Source: Raillietiella orientalis
Taxonomy: Eukaryota
Direction of reading: 5' to 3'
Length of the DNA: 64,000 nt
Assembly (NCBI GenBank): GCA_036172245.1
Contig: JAYWIR010000014.1
Location: 1 to 64,000, forward strand
Positions 41,571 through 54,300 of this stretch are shown in pieces. The position numbers and the translations under genes are program-made. Within the stretch, counting starts at the first letter, position 1; the number at the start of each line of letters is the position of its first letter. A model generated the notes under the pieces. That model saw only the letters and a program-made list of their open reading frames with translations, ran no database searches and was not told the origin of the DNA.

Positions 41571-42715
41571 CTAAGTGGACCTACCACGTGTCTCTGAGAA
41601 TACATTTGAAGAAATATTATTTTATCTCTAATGTTATCTAAATAGATGACACAATGCTTCTTGTATTGTGCTGCACCTTCCGTAGTGTCTTGCACAAGTG
41701 CTCATTCATGATTCCTCAAGTTCTCATGTGTGCAATGATTACTAATGAAGATTAGGATGCATTAAACCTAAAACCTAACACACATGCATGCGTGTGGAAT
41801 ATCAATAAATGCAAGAAAACGATGAAAAACACTTACAGAACGAATTCTGTCTTGAAAGCAATTCATTATTTTGCTTATACTTGGAATGATTTCAGAAGAT
41901 AGAAAATTATTTTATCGCAAGATGTAAATATCATAATCAAAAAAATATCGCTCTAGAAAAATTATTAAAAATAAAATTTAAAGGATGTTTCATTTCTTAA
42001 AATTTCTAAATATTATCATAGTGCATAAAAAATGAATTAGTGAACATAAATTTTCTGGATTATTTATTCAAAAAAGCAAACCGATAGTTTAAAAAAAAAA
42101 AAAACTAAGAAAGCAATCGGTAAATTGAAAAGAAATTTTTGATAATTTCTGGTATCATTGGATTTGCCTTCTGAGGGAACTTTGCTGAACAAATTCGATT
42201 TTACCATGGATGTTACAATATTTTTTCGTAAGCAAATATAGAACATGAATCGCTAAATGAGGTGGTAATCTCGCAACAGGAAGTTTTTGCGGATAGGGAA
42301 TCCTTACCTGGAGTTGATCGTGTTGTACGTACCGCATTTGTAGTTCAAGAACTTGAAATTGTTTTTCATACTACTTATCACGTTTTTCCTGAATTTGATA
42401 TCGTAATATTTCTCATGCAAAGAAGAATTCTGTTTCATTAATAAAAGTTTTTTGAAATGGAAGGTTTGCACTTGCTTCAATCATAATGCAAGAAAGTAAA
42501 GTCGTAGCGAAAATCCATTACCATAAGCTGAAAAGCGTACAGAGCAAATGGGTAATCCGCTTTGAAATTGATTTCCTCTGTGCTGAATTTGTTCATGATA
42601 AGAATACTAAAAAATTAGTTATCGAAAAAAATAAAAGTATAATGGAAACTACAGTTGCACTGTGTTTATCTCCTATATCTTAAATAAGTTTTATTTATAA
42701 AAAGTTGAAAGCGTT

Positions 42716-43688
42716 ATGAAAGCTGTTTATTGCCAGAGCCCATATTGCCAGAGACGACAAATTTTGAAGTTACTTGCATCAAGAGTTGCAAATTCTAGTT
42801 CATGTTCTTCTGCACAAATGCTAGCATTGACACGAGCAAGAACTGGCTTCATAACTGAAACTTCACAATGCTTAGAACTGATTAGAAAATTAGTTCAAAA
42901 GAAAATTAACCAAGAGATCGACAGCATCATTAAGAAGTATCTAGAGGTTAGTAAAGCTTTCATAAATTAATTGCAAATGTAGATTTGCAGACGTATTTCA
43001 AAATGGGAATTGAAAATATATGCCAAAACAATGGCAGGAATGCAGTTTCAGATGAACACATTCATGCTGTATGTCGTCAAATTTTGGAGGATGCCAAAAA
43101 ACTATACCCTATTAAAGAAGTATCACTGGTATCCAATGTATATGAAATGAACAATGACCAGATAAAAAAACATCCAAATGATTGGATTTCTTTGTCAAAG
43201 ATGAAAGAACAAAGTCAAGAGGAACCATCACGACCAAAGCATGGCATTCTAGAACAAACAAGTCAAATTTGCAGCCCTAATGAGGCTGCAAGTTGGCAAT
43301 CATGTTCAAAGGGGTACATAAATAAAATATATGGATCTTTCTTTGTTACTAATCATAAGTAAGTGAAAAGTTGGACTCAGTTCAGATAGACAAGGCACTG
43401 TAATGATGTTTCAGAGCATGTCAGTTTCTGCCAATTGTTCAAGATGCTCCCATATTTCGATATCAGTGTGATTTTGAAGATCAAGAATGGTTAATACAGC
43501 AACAGTTAATGATGCCAACTGAATCCTCAGTGCAACTGTTGTTAGTAGATGAAGTACTTCACCTAGAAGGAGCTGAGGAAGCTTGCCAAAGTTTACAAGG
43601 ATTTCTAGTACCTCAATTTCTGGAAGATAAAATGAGGAAATCACTTCAACTCTACCAGAACGTGGACACAAATCCTGTTCCCTGGTAA
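42716..43688 (+). CDS. DNTTIP1: Deoxynucleotidyltransferase terminal-interacting protein 1 (MiDAC subunit), 3 exons: 42716-42946, 42991-43358, 43415-43688
   Basis: Dimerisation domain CLELIRKLVQKKINQEIDSIIKKYLE|TYFKMGIENI..SDEHIHAVCRQILEDAKKLY. C-terminal domain IFRYQCDFEDQEWLIQQQLMMPT..GFLVPQFLEDKMRK. GT-AG introns of 44 and 56 nt keep the frame. The start codon is uncertain. Confidence 0.85.
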
Positions 43689-43729
43689 CATGAAAAATTT
43701 CCCAAAGATAATAAATCCTTTCATTCTTA

Positions 43730-45616
43730 TTATATTATGCCAATGCGATTAGCAACATCCAATGCATCATAATCAGGGCCAAGTCTCACATAGGCCTTTT
43801 TCTGACCATCTGGACGAATCAGTGTACTCACTTTGGCCACATCAATGCTATATAATTTTTTCACTGCTGCCTTTATATGATGCTTGTTAGCCTTCAAATT
43901 AACAATGAACACTAGGGTATTGTTATCTTCAATTTTTTTCATGGCTGACTCTGAAGTTAATGGAAACTTAATAATGTTAAAGGCATCCATGTGGCAACGG
44001 TCTGGCTTGGATTTTCGGGGATATTTGGGGTTTCTTGGTAGATGCAATGTATGTGGTCGGCGGAAGTGCACACTAGTGCGCACCTTGCGTACACGGGTAC
44101 CATAGATTCCTTTTGTTATCTGCATAAAAAGTGTTAATTTATTGCAGTTCACCTAATATTTACCTTAGCTTTAGCTCGCAAAGCTTTTTTCAGTGCACCA
44201 CTAGGAACCAAAGCTTTTTTGTTTGCATTCTGAGGAGCTTTTCCAGTCACCTTAGAACTCTTTGAAACAGATGGAGTTTTCTTTTGCTGTGATGCCTTGC
44301 TAGCACTAACAGTTTTTTTTGCTGTCTGTGCATATTTGGCAGGCGGAACTTGTGTCTTTGAAGTAACTGACTTTTTATCACCTTTACTCTTCTTTTTCAG
44401 CACTTCAGATTTACTTGATTTGGGCACCTTTTGAGCACTAGGACCAGGTGCAGGATTCACAGATTTATCTGCTCCTTTCCGTTTTTTAGGATTTCTATCG
44501 ACTTTTGTTGTAGATGCTGATGCAGATGTAGGTGCAGAAGCAGGAGCTGCAGGTGGGGCAGCTTTCTTTTCACCTGGAAAACAACATTCACATTCCTAAT
44601 GACCCTGAGTTCAACACATTACTAATTCACTATGATATCACACATATTGTATTCACCTCTACCTAGGATGACAACATTGAATCAAACCATTTTTCGTATT
44701 CAACCTGATTTGACACTCCAAAACAGATAGATGTATGTATTACTCGACATAAAACTAACACAGCTAATTGGAACATTCCAGAAGCTCTTTCTACACACTA
44801 TTTTAAAACTTGAATGTCAAATATCCCACCTAATTATATGTAAATACGTATCTTCTCAGAAACATAAGACAAATTTCCGTTTTGCGTTTTTCCTATCATG
44901 CATACGTTCGCAATACGAACACTTGCAGAAAGCAAACTAGTAAGAAGGATAAACCAACCATACAAGAACATAGACCACACCTTAAAACGTGCTTACATGT
45001 GTAATTAATATTTAGTGACACAAATAAGAAAAATTCCGTACGGTAGATACAAACAAGTCATAACATCAGTAAAGGCAATGCTACTATGATCTTACATGAA
45101 ATAGATATAAAACTTTGTTGCTGTTTTAAAAATTTATAAATACACGTAACAAAGCAGTAGCAGTTATTTATTGATACATATTAATGGATAAATTCGTTAT
45201 GCCGGAATGTCCACTTATTAATATTCTGCAGGACTAAAACAGAATTATTAAATTCAAGTCATAAATTTAAATGTTAAAAAAGCACGTATTAACAAACACT
45301 AAAACCCTCACAATTAAGACACTCCGTAATCACATAGCTGTACACCTCTAGCTTAACACTTTTTTTTAATTGTAAACTTCACGTTTCCTCAAGCAGATCG
45401 CAGCTCAAATAGAAACACTTGGTATAAGTCAAGATGATTACAAGACATAACTTTACTGTGTATATGCATCCCAATTAATTTCATTATGTGCAAACCCACA
45501 AAGCTGCGGTAAAGTCCTGCCTTAGCATTTAGTTTTACAATGCAAATAAGAGAAAAAAAGTATTATGATAAACACTTACCTTTACCAGCACTTTTGGCTT
45601 TCTGCTTGGGCCCCAT
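43730..45616 (-). CDS. RPL23A: 60S ribosomal protein L23a (uL23) with Lys/Ala/Pro-rich N-terminal extension, 278 aa; exons 45616-45580, 44573-44164, 44119-43730
   Basis: [79 protein letters not shown] introns of 1006 and 44 nt. The spliced CDS is 837 nt, in frame. Confidence 0.97.
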
Positions 45617-45626
45617 GTTGCTCAGC

Positions 45627-45636
45627 GGAAACGGAA
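45627..45636 (-). promoter_or_regulatory. Pyrimidine-rich TCT/5'TOP-like tract just upstream of the RpL23A ATG
   Basis: TTCCGTTTCC lies ~10 nt before the ATG. Such tracts are typical of ribosomal protein gene start sites. Confidence 0.5.
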
Positions 45637-48406
45637 TCGTCCACGTGTACCACTTAATGGATTTCACTTTGCGAACTTCATTCTAATATAACTCTAATCA
45701 TCCAATATGTATTTATCCTTCTACTCGTGTTATCAAAATATGAAAACTTCATAAAGTAATTAACATTAAAAGTGAAAAGATTTGCAAAGGTAGCAGAGGT
45801 GTGTAAAATTTTGAAAATATAGCTTCCTACTTTTGAGAACATGAAATTGCACTGTGGACGCTTATTACTAGAGTGACAAAATTATAGAAATAATTTAAAA
45901 CAGTAATATACATGTTAAATGCCACAGTTATATGTTAACAGTGTTTCATATTAAGCGAAATCCAAAAATAAAGATTAATCTTTTATGATTTTGAGGCAGC
46001 ATTCCGGAAAAGAATTTCAATTCACAATATTAAATTTGAATGCAAGAAAATGAGAAAACTTATCTGGAGTTTTAACATTTTGATAATAGTTTAATAAAAA
46101 CCGAATTAGGCTAGTCTTGTACATTTGATATTCATAACGTAGTTGTGTTGAGGTCTGAAAGTCATTTTTTTGGTAATAAATATGACATGATAATCTATTT
46201 TATAAAAGAATTGCTAAAAGTAAAATAGCAATAATGACGAAACAAAAAGCATATATTACCAAAGAATACACACTATCTAATTGCTAGAATGTCTACTATG
46301 ATGAACCATTGTGCGAATATTTTATTCAAAAGGAAATTATCTCAGGTGGATGAAGATTAGAGGATTTCTTCATTATAGAAGTCCTCGAAATAAATATCAT
46401 TCAAGAAAAGTCAAATATAACAAATCTGAGCCCTTTGTGAATTTCTCAAAAGTAAATAATTTTATAAGAAACGCAAAGCTCTAATAAGTGACATAAAATA
46501 ACAAATTGCAAACAAGATCTCAATGTTTTATAAAATGGCAACTATATGTTTTACGAAGGAAAGTTGCCTCTTTGAAGTATGTTTGCTGAACCGCTAATTT
46601 TATAACGGAATACAGTCCTTACTCATGAGAGACTAGCATTTAATTTGTAGCTGACTCTTTCAAGACTTCATTTGCTATTGAGTTTCTTTTTCTGTTTTCT
46701 TTTTTTTTTTACATATACGCATAAAAAATAGTAGAATGAGAAGCACAATGAGCAGATTAAGGTTCTTCAATATGTTTCACCAAACATCAAATTCAAAACA
46801 CCAAAAACGAAATGATAGTTTGTTAACTAAATAGTCAAATCTGTTGCAAGGCATTGTGTCTTTAGAAAATGATATATATATATATTAATATAGAATGAAA
46901 TATAAAAACATCACACATGTGAAGTTCATATCAACAGAAATGCTGTTGCCTGCTTGTTCTCAAAGTTAAATCAAACTCAGGCGTTCTAGATTTTTAAAAT
47001 TCTGCAGAATTTGGCAATTCTTCGCTATTCGTGGAAAGAAGTAGAAAGTGCCTAAGAGGTTAATGACTCAGATGCATACTTAATGATGAATGCAACATTA
47101 ACTGTTGTCCAAGCCAAGATTGCAAGTAGTTCAACACAAGATAAAGTAGAGAGAGCTATTGCATCTGAAGTCTGCATTTTAGATGTAGCTAATTTAAAAC
47201 AGGAAAGTTTTGAAAAGCAGGAACTTAATTTGAGCATTTTATGACACAAAGAATTGTGAAACAGCAAAGTAGAAACAATGAAGTTGTTGTATCAAAGATT
47301 GATCGCATTTGTTGGGATCTAAGATCTCAAACTCTGGATAGCCTTACATATACAAAACTGATACAGAGGAGCAATTACCGTGAATGCAGTCTTCCTATTA
47401 TAGGTTACTGGATAAATTTCCAAATCAAGATTATTTAAACAATATTCTTGGTTGTGGTAATGTGGTTTGCTAAGAGTTTTTAGAGTACAAACATTAGATA
47501 ATTTCGTATAAGAATAATCTGTAAAGAAATCTAGACAGGATCGCCAGTTTTTGTAGACCACTGATTCTGCCTTTTTTTCCTCATTTTGTTGCAAGATATG
47601 AACTTTTAAAGCTGTCAATGGGAGAAAAGCAACCTGTAGTGGGGCGAGGCTATAGAACAAAAGGAAAAGTACCATTTATCTGTCATGGTTTGTGATGCTC
47701 TTGATAATAGTTCCCGTGTTTACTGAAAAAGCTCAGATTCATAGCTCCATAATCCAAAATGTCCTTGCTTTGAAAGCAGCCAAGATGTCCGATTCGGGCT
47801 TTGGTTACTCTGGATTTACAGCACTGTGCGGCACTGATCGAAAAATTCTTCAGGAGATCATTCATAATTTCATTTCTTTAGTGTTCTCAGATGAATTTAT
47901 TGAAAGAAGTGTTTTAACAGTCTAAATGAAAATAGAAAAAACAAAAAAAAGAGATTTTGCTTCATAAGATTAAATGTTCAGAATTTCAAAATCTGTCGAG
48001 ACGGCGACCTCCCTGCAACTTGGTTTCTAACCTTAATCACGTCTTCCATTCGATGTTGAAATCGTTTCTTAAAACTTTGCCATTCTTATAAATTGTAGAG
48101 TGATTTACAAGAACTTCGCAAGATGATCTAGCTAGAAATAAGCATAAGGAAAAGAAATACAAAAATTAATACTTATGCTTCCTTGAATTCAGGGGATCTG
48201 CCAAGAAATCACTTTATCTCTAAATCGGTCACGGGAATGTTCAAGGAAGATTGTTCTATGGAGTGTGAAGATGATTTTCAACTGAACAAAAAAAGCAGCA
48301 TTAGAAGAATTTGTAATGTTTGAACATGTTCGTGTCCTAGATTTCCAAGTCCAGATTATTCAACAAACATCGGTCCCCAATGCTAGTAATGGAATATATG
48401 CAAGGA

Positions 48407-49232
48407 CTAGGAACAATTACAGGATAATTTGGTTCTAGGAATAATTACAGGCATAAGAGCTGATAGAAAATTCCCATCATCAATGTAATAAACGAGGTGA
48501 AGTAGAAAGGACATTGTCGTTATGTTGTGGCATGGTGAACGTGTAGCAGAATAGGTTTCAACGAAATAGGATGAAAATTTCACCAAAAAATGGCAACTGA
48601 GCTCTATAGGTTGTTCCAGCAGACGCAGCAGAATGCGAATGCAAGAGAAACTTTTACTAGAAAAATGTTTCACGATACGATGAAAAGAAATGGGGGGAAA
48701 AAAAACATACTCTCCGAATTGAGGACATCACATCGCAGCATGTTCCTATTTTCGCATTCTCAAATGAACAAAACCGTGTACAAGAAAGTTCGACTTCGAA
48801 TCTCGTATAAGCAAAGTCTGTAAGGCGAGAGACACTTGCTGTTGAAACTGGTTTTCCGTTCCATCTGTTCCGCTAATGCCCATGCTCCTCCCCTTGACTT
48901 CAGCAGCGAGTGAGAACAGAAAGTCCAAGACACCAGAATTTACAAATAGCGGCAAGTTTAACTGAAAGTTACATCTCACTGAGGGCCAAGGATTCGGAAT
49001 TGCATAGCGCGTAAAATTTTCGACCCATGTTACTCCAAGAGAAGCTAAATGTGCACATTTCCAAGAGGAAACTTGTTTCATCCATGGAATATTACAGTCA
49101 GACAAGGCCGTAAGCTCTCCTTGAATGCATCACCTTGAATCGCGTAGCCAACGGGCGCTAGAAAAGCAGCACACTTAGAGAGTCTCGAATGACTCCGAGC
49201 TCAGTGTTCGCCTTTTGTTGTTCTCCATTCAT
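48407..49232 (-). CDS. Possible multi-exon gene of unknown function
   Basis: An ATG at 49232 can splice over a 55-nt GT-AG interval into the frame of ORF 49105-48746. A further ORF lies at 48673-48407. No recognisable domain. Confidence 0.25.
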
Positions 49233-50687
49233 TGTGTTTGTTTTATACGATTGCTTGAGCACAATGGCTACCAAATGCATTTTTTTTCTTATTATTTTTG
49301 GATTTTATCAAACTGTGTTGCACTTCTGCAATCGGGAAGAGATGCATGCAAACTAGAATTGTTTCTTCCTTCTTTTCTTCCATTCGCTGTAATTTAGCCG
49401 ATGTCTTTGAACTGTTCCCAACTTTCTTAGTAGGCAGACTGGGTATTCTCCTCTATCAAATGTTAGCATAAGGCGATTTATCTAGGAATGACACGATTTA
49501 TCTCGTATTTCCCTATTTCTGGAAACTGCTAGACGCATTTCATCCTCTTGGGATTAAGTTGGGAATAAGAACAATGAAGAAAAACAAATGAAATTAGGCA
49601 AAAAAGATTGCAGCAGCTATGTAAAATCGCGAGAAAGAAGACGAAAGTCTCATCGAATGAAAAACCAATTCTTAAAAAGGAAATAGGAAAAAGTGGGAAA
49701 ATATCCGCGGTTGAGACTTCTACTTTTGCTCAGATGACGTTTGGAAACTGTTTCAGAAATGGAAATCTTTCCAGCCTAGTGGACATTTTAAAAAAATCTG
49801 CCAATTTTAAAACAACTCACGGATCGGAAACAGTTTCCCAGACCTCAACAACGTTATATGAGTTGAGAGCAATTTCCCACTTAATGAATTTGGGTACCAG
49901 GGCTACAGAAGGAAGATTTTTCCTTTCCCGTAGGAAAACACACAAAAAACTAAGCTGAAACCTGAAGATAAAAATTATATGTTCTGATAGTTGAGTGTCA
50001 GGAAAATGAGTTACGGAGTAAAAATAGGGTCGCTCATAGACATCAACTTCCCTTGCAAATTGTCCAGGAACAAATCGATCTTTCTCCTCCTCCCCTATCT
50101 CTTCAAAAGAAAGAAGTAGAGAAAATGCACATTTGGTCATGTAATTCATCATATACCCTGAAATCCCAAGATGTTGAAGATTACAGTTCCTAGTAGGGTT
50201 CTACGAGTAAAGAGCCTGATGTGAGGCAGGAATGTCTTCTTTCTTCTGCAGAGTTGGCTTATGTTATTGTGAGGAGAGATTTTGAGCAACAGACAAATGA
50301 ATAGGAGGGAGGAGCAGGGTGATTTACATAAACGGTAAGAAAAATGTGTATTTGTACACAGGATGTTGGTGAAAGTAAGCCTAGATAATTTACTTTCTGA
50401 ACACTGCATTTCAAGGGTAGCATGATGGCTCGTAGTACTGTTGAAAACAGTACTACGAGCACTACGGTAACTGTCTCTGACTCTATGCACCCTTGGGTGC
50501 AAATGTAGATCATGTTCCAGGACGCCCTCAGAAACAGGTATACCCCGACGAAATGCACCACGTGATTTGCTTTCCACAAGCGTCTCGGCTGCGTGATTTC
50601 AGGGCCAGTTTGTGGACGTTTGTGGAGGCTTTAGTCGTACAATCTTAAAATCCCGTGCAGAGTTTCTGGATTGAATCCAACGAATTA

Positions 50688-50966
50688 GCATTGGTGAAGA
50701 GTTGCATCCCATAAAAAAATTCTCTTTACCCACAAATATAGTACTTGTGAAACCGAAAAAAAGTTTTTGAGTACACCAGAGGTATTTTCCAAATACGAAG
50801 GAAATTTCTCCAAGCCAATTGAATGGGAGATGACACTGAAAAGGATTTATTAAAGGTTCTTAAAGAGACGAGAAATGATCTTCAAGAAATAGCAATAAGT
50901 CTTATTCCTGAAATTAAGGATGTGATATCAGCACTTGAATCACAGAAAGGCTCTATACTGTCTTGC
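50688..50966 (+). pseudogene. ispE: Frameshifted internal fragment of bacterial 4-diphosphocytidyl-2-C-methyl-D-erythritol kinase (Wolbachia-like)
   Basis: IGEELHPIKKFSLPTNIVLVKPKK / FLSTPEVFSKYEGNFSKPIEW / DDTEKDLLKVLKETRNDLQEIAISLIPEIKDVISALESQKGSILS. This carries the IspE motifs GIGE, LVKP..LSTPEVF and NDL, with two frameshifts. It is cut just before the MSGSG motif. Confidence 0.85.
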
Positions 50967-51305
50967 CTCACCGGACATAAAAAGGCACTCAAGAGGGGAA
51001 AATTGTGCAAAATTAGCTGCAATTCTCAGCAAAAGGGTAGATTTTCCAATTCCAGGCTCGACACCAATTAAAATGAACCTTAAACAATACCTCCACCAAA
51101 AACTCTATCCCTGTTAAAAAGCGGCCTGGAATAATAATTTCATCACCCGATAACGCCTTTATTGAAATCGGTGTAGATATACTTCTTGTCTCTGTTTTAC
51201 TACTATTTCTTCAACAACCGTATCCCAATTGTCACATGCAATATACCTTCCTACCCATCTGCTGGTGCTGTGACCGCAGGATTGACATACATATACAGTT
51301 TTCAT
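50967..51305 (-). pseudogene. radA: 5' fragment of bacterial DNA repair protein RadA/Sms, disabled
   Basis: ATG at 51305: MKTVYVCQSCGHSTSRWVGRYIACDNWDTVVEE (C4 zinc finger, one Cys lost). After a frameshift: RFLTGI..DRVFGGGIV*GS.ILIGVEPGIGKSTLLLRIAA..CLFMSGE (Walker A). It has indels and a stop, and is truncated at SGE. Confidence 0.92.
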
Positions 51306-54300
51306 AAAAGCTAAAGCTATTTTTTGCAATTGTAATGAAGATTAGCTAAGCAAGCGAGGTAAATTTAATTGCTAAGCCTCACAAACCTTGTGATGTTAAG
51401 ATAATTTTCACAGTTATGCTATTCAAATGACACCATCTCTTAAATTGCAGTGCACAAGGTGTCCTACTTCACGGATATCGAAAATTTTACCTGCCTTCTT
51501 GTCAGAGCATGATGCAGGAAAGTAGCGACAGATTGTTCTTGCACCAATACTTGCAATATTGATCAGAAAACATTGAAAACTGCATACGAACTAGCCTTTA
51601 CTTTTCATCGCTGCATTTCCCTTGGATATGCTCTCTCCAAAATTCTCAACAGTGCACTTTGATTCCAACAAATACATCTACCTCCAGGTCACCAACGCGG
51701 ATCAGAAACCTGTGCAACCTGATCATGGTATGAACTCCAATCATTGTGGGAGGCCACAGAATCTCCTGAATACCAGTGCTTACACGCACAGCTTGATTCT
51801 GTAGCTCTCCAGGAATCAATCAGCATGTCAGCTGCTGATTTCCTTACTTTCTAGTTTCCAATGCCCTGAAAATTGTTATTGGTAGACCACGATTGGAGAA
51901 AAAGAACACCATAAATGTAGACCCATGTTCATTTAGGAACTAAGCAACAGAAAGAAGGCAGTGATTTGAAATGCTATCGCATGATCTTTCCGCTTCAGCT
52001 CCTCATGAAACGCCCATCATTTTCACTAAGCGTGTTGAATGTAACGAAATGTGTCGGCTATTGTCTGTTTTAACGTGGAAGAAAATGTGCATTTCTTGAA
52101 ACAATACCACAATGCACTTCCCATATTATGGAGTGAGTTGACGTGAATGGCTCTTGCTTCGTATTATTTCTATCGGAACGGTTTACTAATTTACCCGAAG
52201 ATGCTATCTTCCGCTTCTGAACTTGAGCAAAGACCACACAAGCAGCGACTGTATAGTAAAGCGGTGCTCTAGTCCAGAATCCTGTCGATGCGAGTGATTT
52301 TCTCAGAAAAAGAATTTCGTCATAAATTATCAGGGGAGGATCTTTTTAGGCCTTTCAAAAGTTCTCAACCTCATGAGTTTTAATGACCTAGCTGCTATCT
52401 TGGGCGGAACGTAAATTTCACAGATCCCCATGAGGCCGAATCGAAAGAACGAAACGATAAAAATTCCGTTATAAATTGCAACTGGTTTGCAACAACACTC
52501 CACATGTAACAGGGAAATTTGCGCTCCTGGTCATTCTTTGTATCCACAGTGTCAAAAATGCCTAAAATTAAGGGAATTCAGAAATTCTTATGCGGTTTTT
52601 TGATGCACGAATCCTAAATCTACACCTGAGTACTTGCTTGAATTGATTCTACCAAAGATCATCAGTGTTCCCGAATTGGGTTATGATTTATGCTCAGAAA
52701 GGCCAGTTCTTAAAGTAACTCGATAGTACTCAATTTTTTTTTCGAATAAAAACATTGCAGGAAATTTTTTTAGAAAATAAAAAAGCTTCCTTCAAGTGGA
52801 AATCAAACTTGTTTATATTAGGAAATAATTTACTTTAATTTTGATGTATTTGATGTGTATTTGATGAGTTTACTAAACTAGATACTTGATGTGTTTATTA
52901 AAATGAAACAAATGCATTTGGTTACTAGGGAATTGTAATATAGAAGCGAACTATAATAACGGAGTACTGTATCTACAAATTTTGGATTCTATGTGAATAT
53001 TGAAATCATGAGAATTTTTAACAATTCAGGAAACAAGTTTATGGGCACTTGGTTTCAATAGTTTTCGGCTGCCTTTTGAGTATTTACGATACCTGTTCAA
53101 ATTCTGCTTTACTATTCGGCTTACTTAAAACTTTTCAAGAGCAACCTGTCTGCTCGACAAAACCATCCAAGTACGAGACTCACTGGCAAAAAGTATCAAA
53201 CAGCTCTGGGGAGAAAAACTTGAAAAACTTAATCATTATCGGCTCTTCCTTATCGGAATTCTGAACTTTTGCTTTCCGTCGGAGTTTTCGAAAAAATGCA
53301 GTTGCTTCGAGTAGAATGGTTCCTATCTTCACACATAGCTCTTCACTCCAGAACTGTTTGCTATTTATCCCTTAAGACTGGCTCGAGGGATTTCAAGCTT
53401 ACAAAATCAACCTTTTGTTGAGGCAACTGCTCGTATCAAAAACACGTTTGTTTCAAACTCATAAACTTTGATTTTATCAAAACGATTCGCGCTGTTACAG
53501 TTCTTCAAATATGCGTTGTTTTATCCCAATGAAAACAAAATTGTCTTTTTTTTTTAAGGTATTCTTTTAAAAACATACGTAATATCTTGTTTTAGAATCA
53601 TTTAGAAATGCTATCAGTCTCGCATGTCATTATTATTCCACAGCTGACCAATATCATTAGGTATCTCAAGTAAACAGATGAGAACTCATTGTGGAAAACA
53701 TGTGATAAGCTTCTGGAGTTTTCCGAATAAAATGGGAATTTATATGCTTGATACTCCAGCGACGGCTTCTCTTTTATTTTTAACTGGATAACCAGCTTGT
53801 TGTGGCAATATGACTCCACCTCTGATCCTTTCTCCCATCCGTTCGTGCCCACTTGGCATTCTTCTTACTTTCTCGTTATCTCCAGAAAAAAAATAAATGA
53901 AACTCATTACAACTTTCCGCCCTTGCTATACAACATGCTACCGCAGTGGGATCCAAATCGGAACTGAAAGATCAGCAAGCTTGTTGCTCCAGCAAACTGA
54001 GCAACACGTGGAGGGGGAGAAAGCAGACACAACTGATCTGTTTGTTAACTTTTTTAATGCGATAAACAAGACGGTGGTGATTTCTAAGAATCCATTGGCG
54101 AGTCATCTGCTACTTATGCAATAATGTTATGGGTGAACAGATGATGGCTTTCCATTTCCTTTCTGATATTTTGAAAGGCTACTAGAAGTTCCACTGACAG
54201 GTGAAAGGGAACTAGACGTTACAGCAGCTAAACTTTTAACTATTAGAAAGTGGCGAATGATCACATAGCTGTCTTTGGGGAATCTTTTGTTCCTTCCTCG

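Noticed and set aside
43411..43671. 86-aa minus-strand ORF
   Set aside because: It is antisense to DNTTIP1 exon 3.
50823..51071. 82-aa ORF as a functional horizontally acquired gene
   Set aside because: It is a chance read-through from a frameshifted ispE piece into antisense radA, and the catalytic motifs are missing.
50688..51305. Simple contamination by a live symbiont genome
   Set aside because: Both fragments are truncated and carry several disabling mutations, unlike a functioning bacterial chromosome. The junctions still need read support.
50149..52460. Hydrophobic minus-strand peptides flanking the bacterial insert, vaguely like a gustatory-receptor/7TM gene
   Set aside because: I could not assemble a consistent exon chain or find a convincing family motif.
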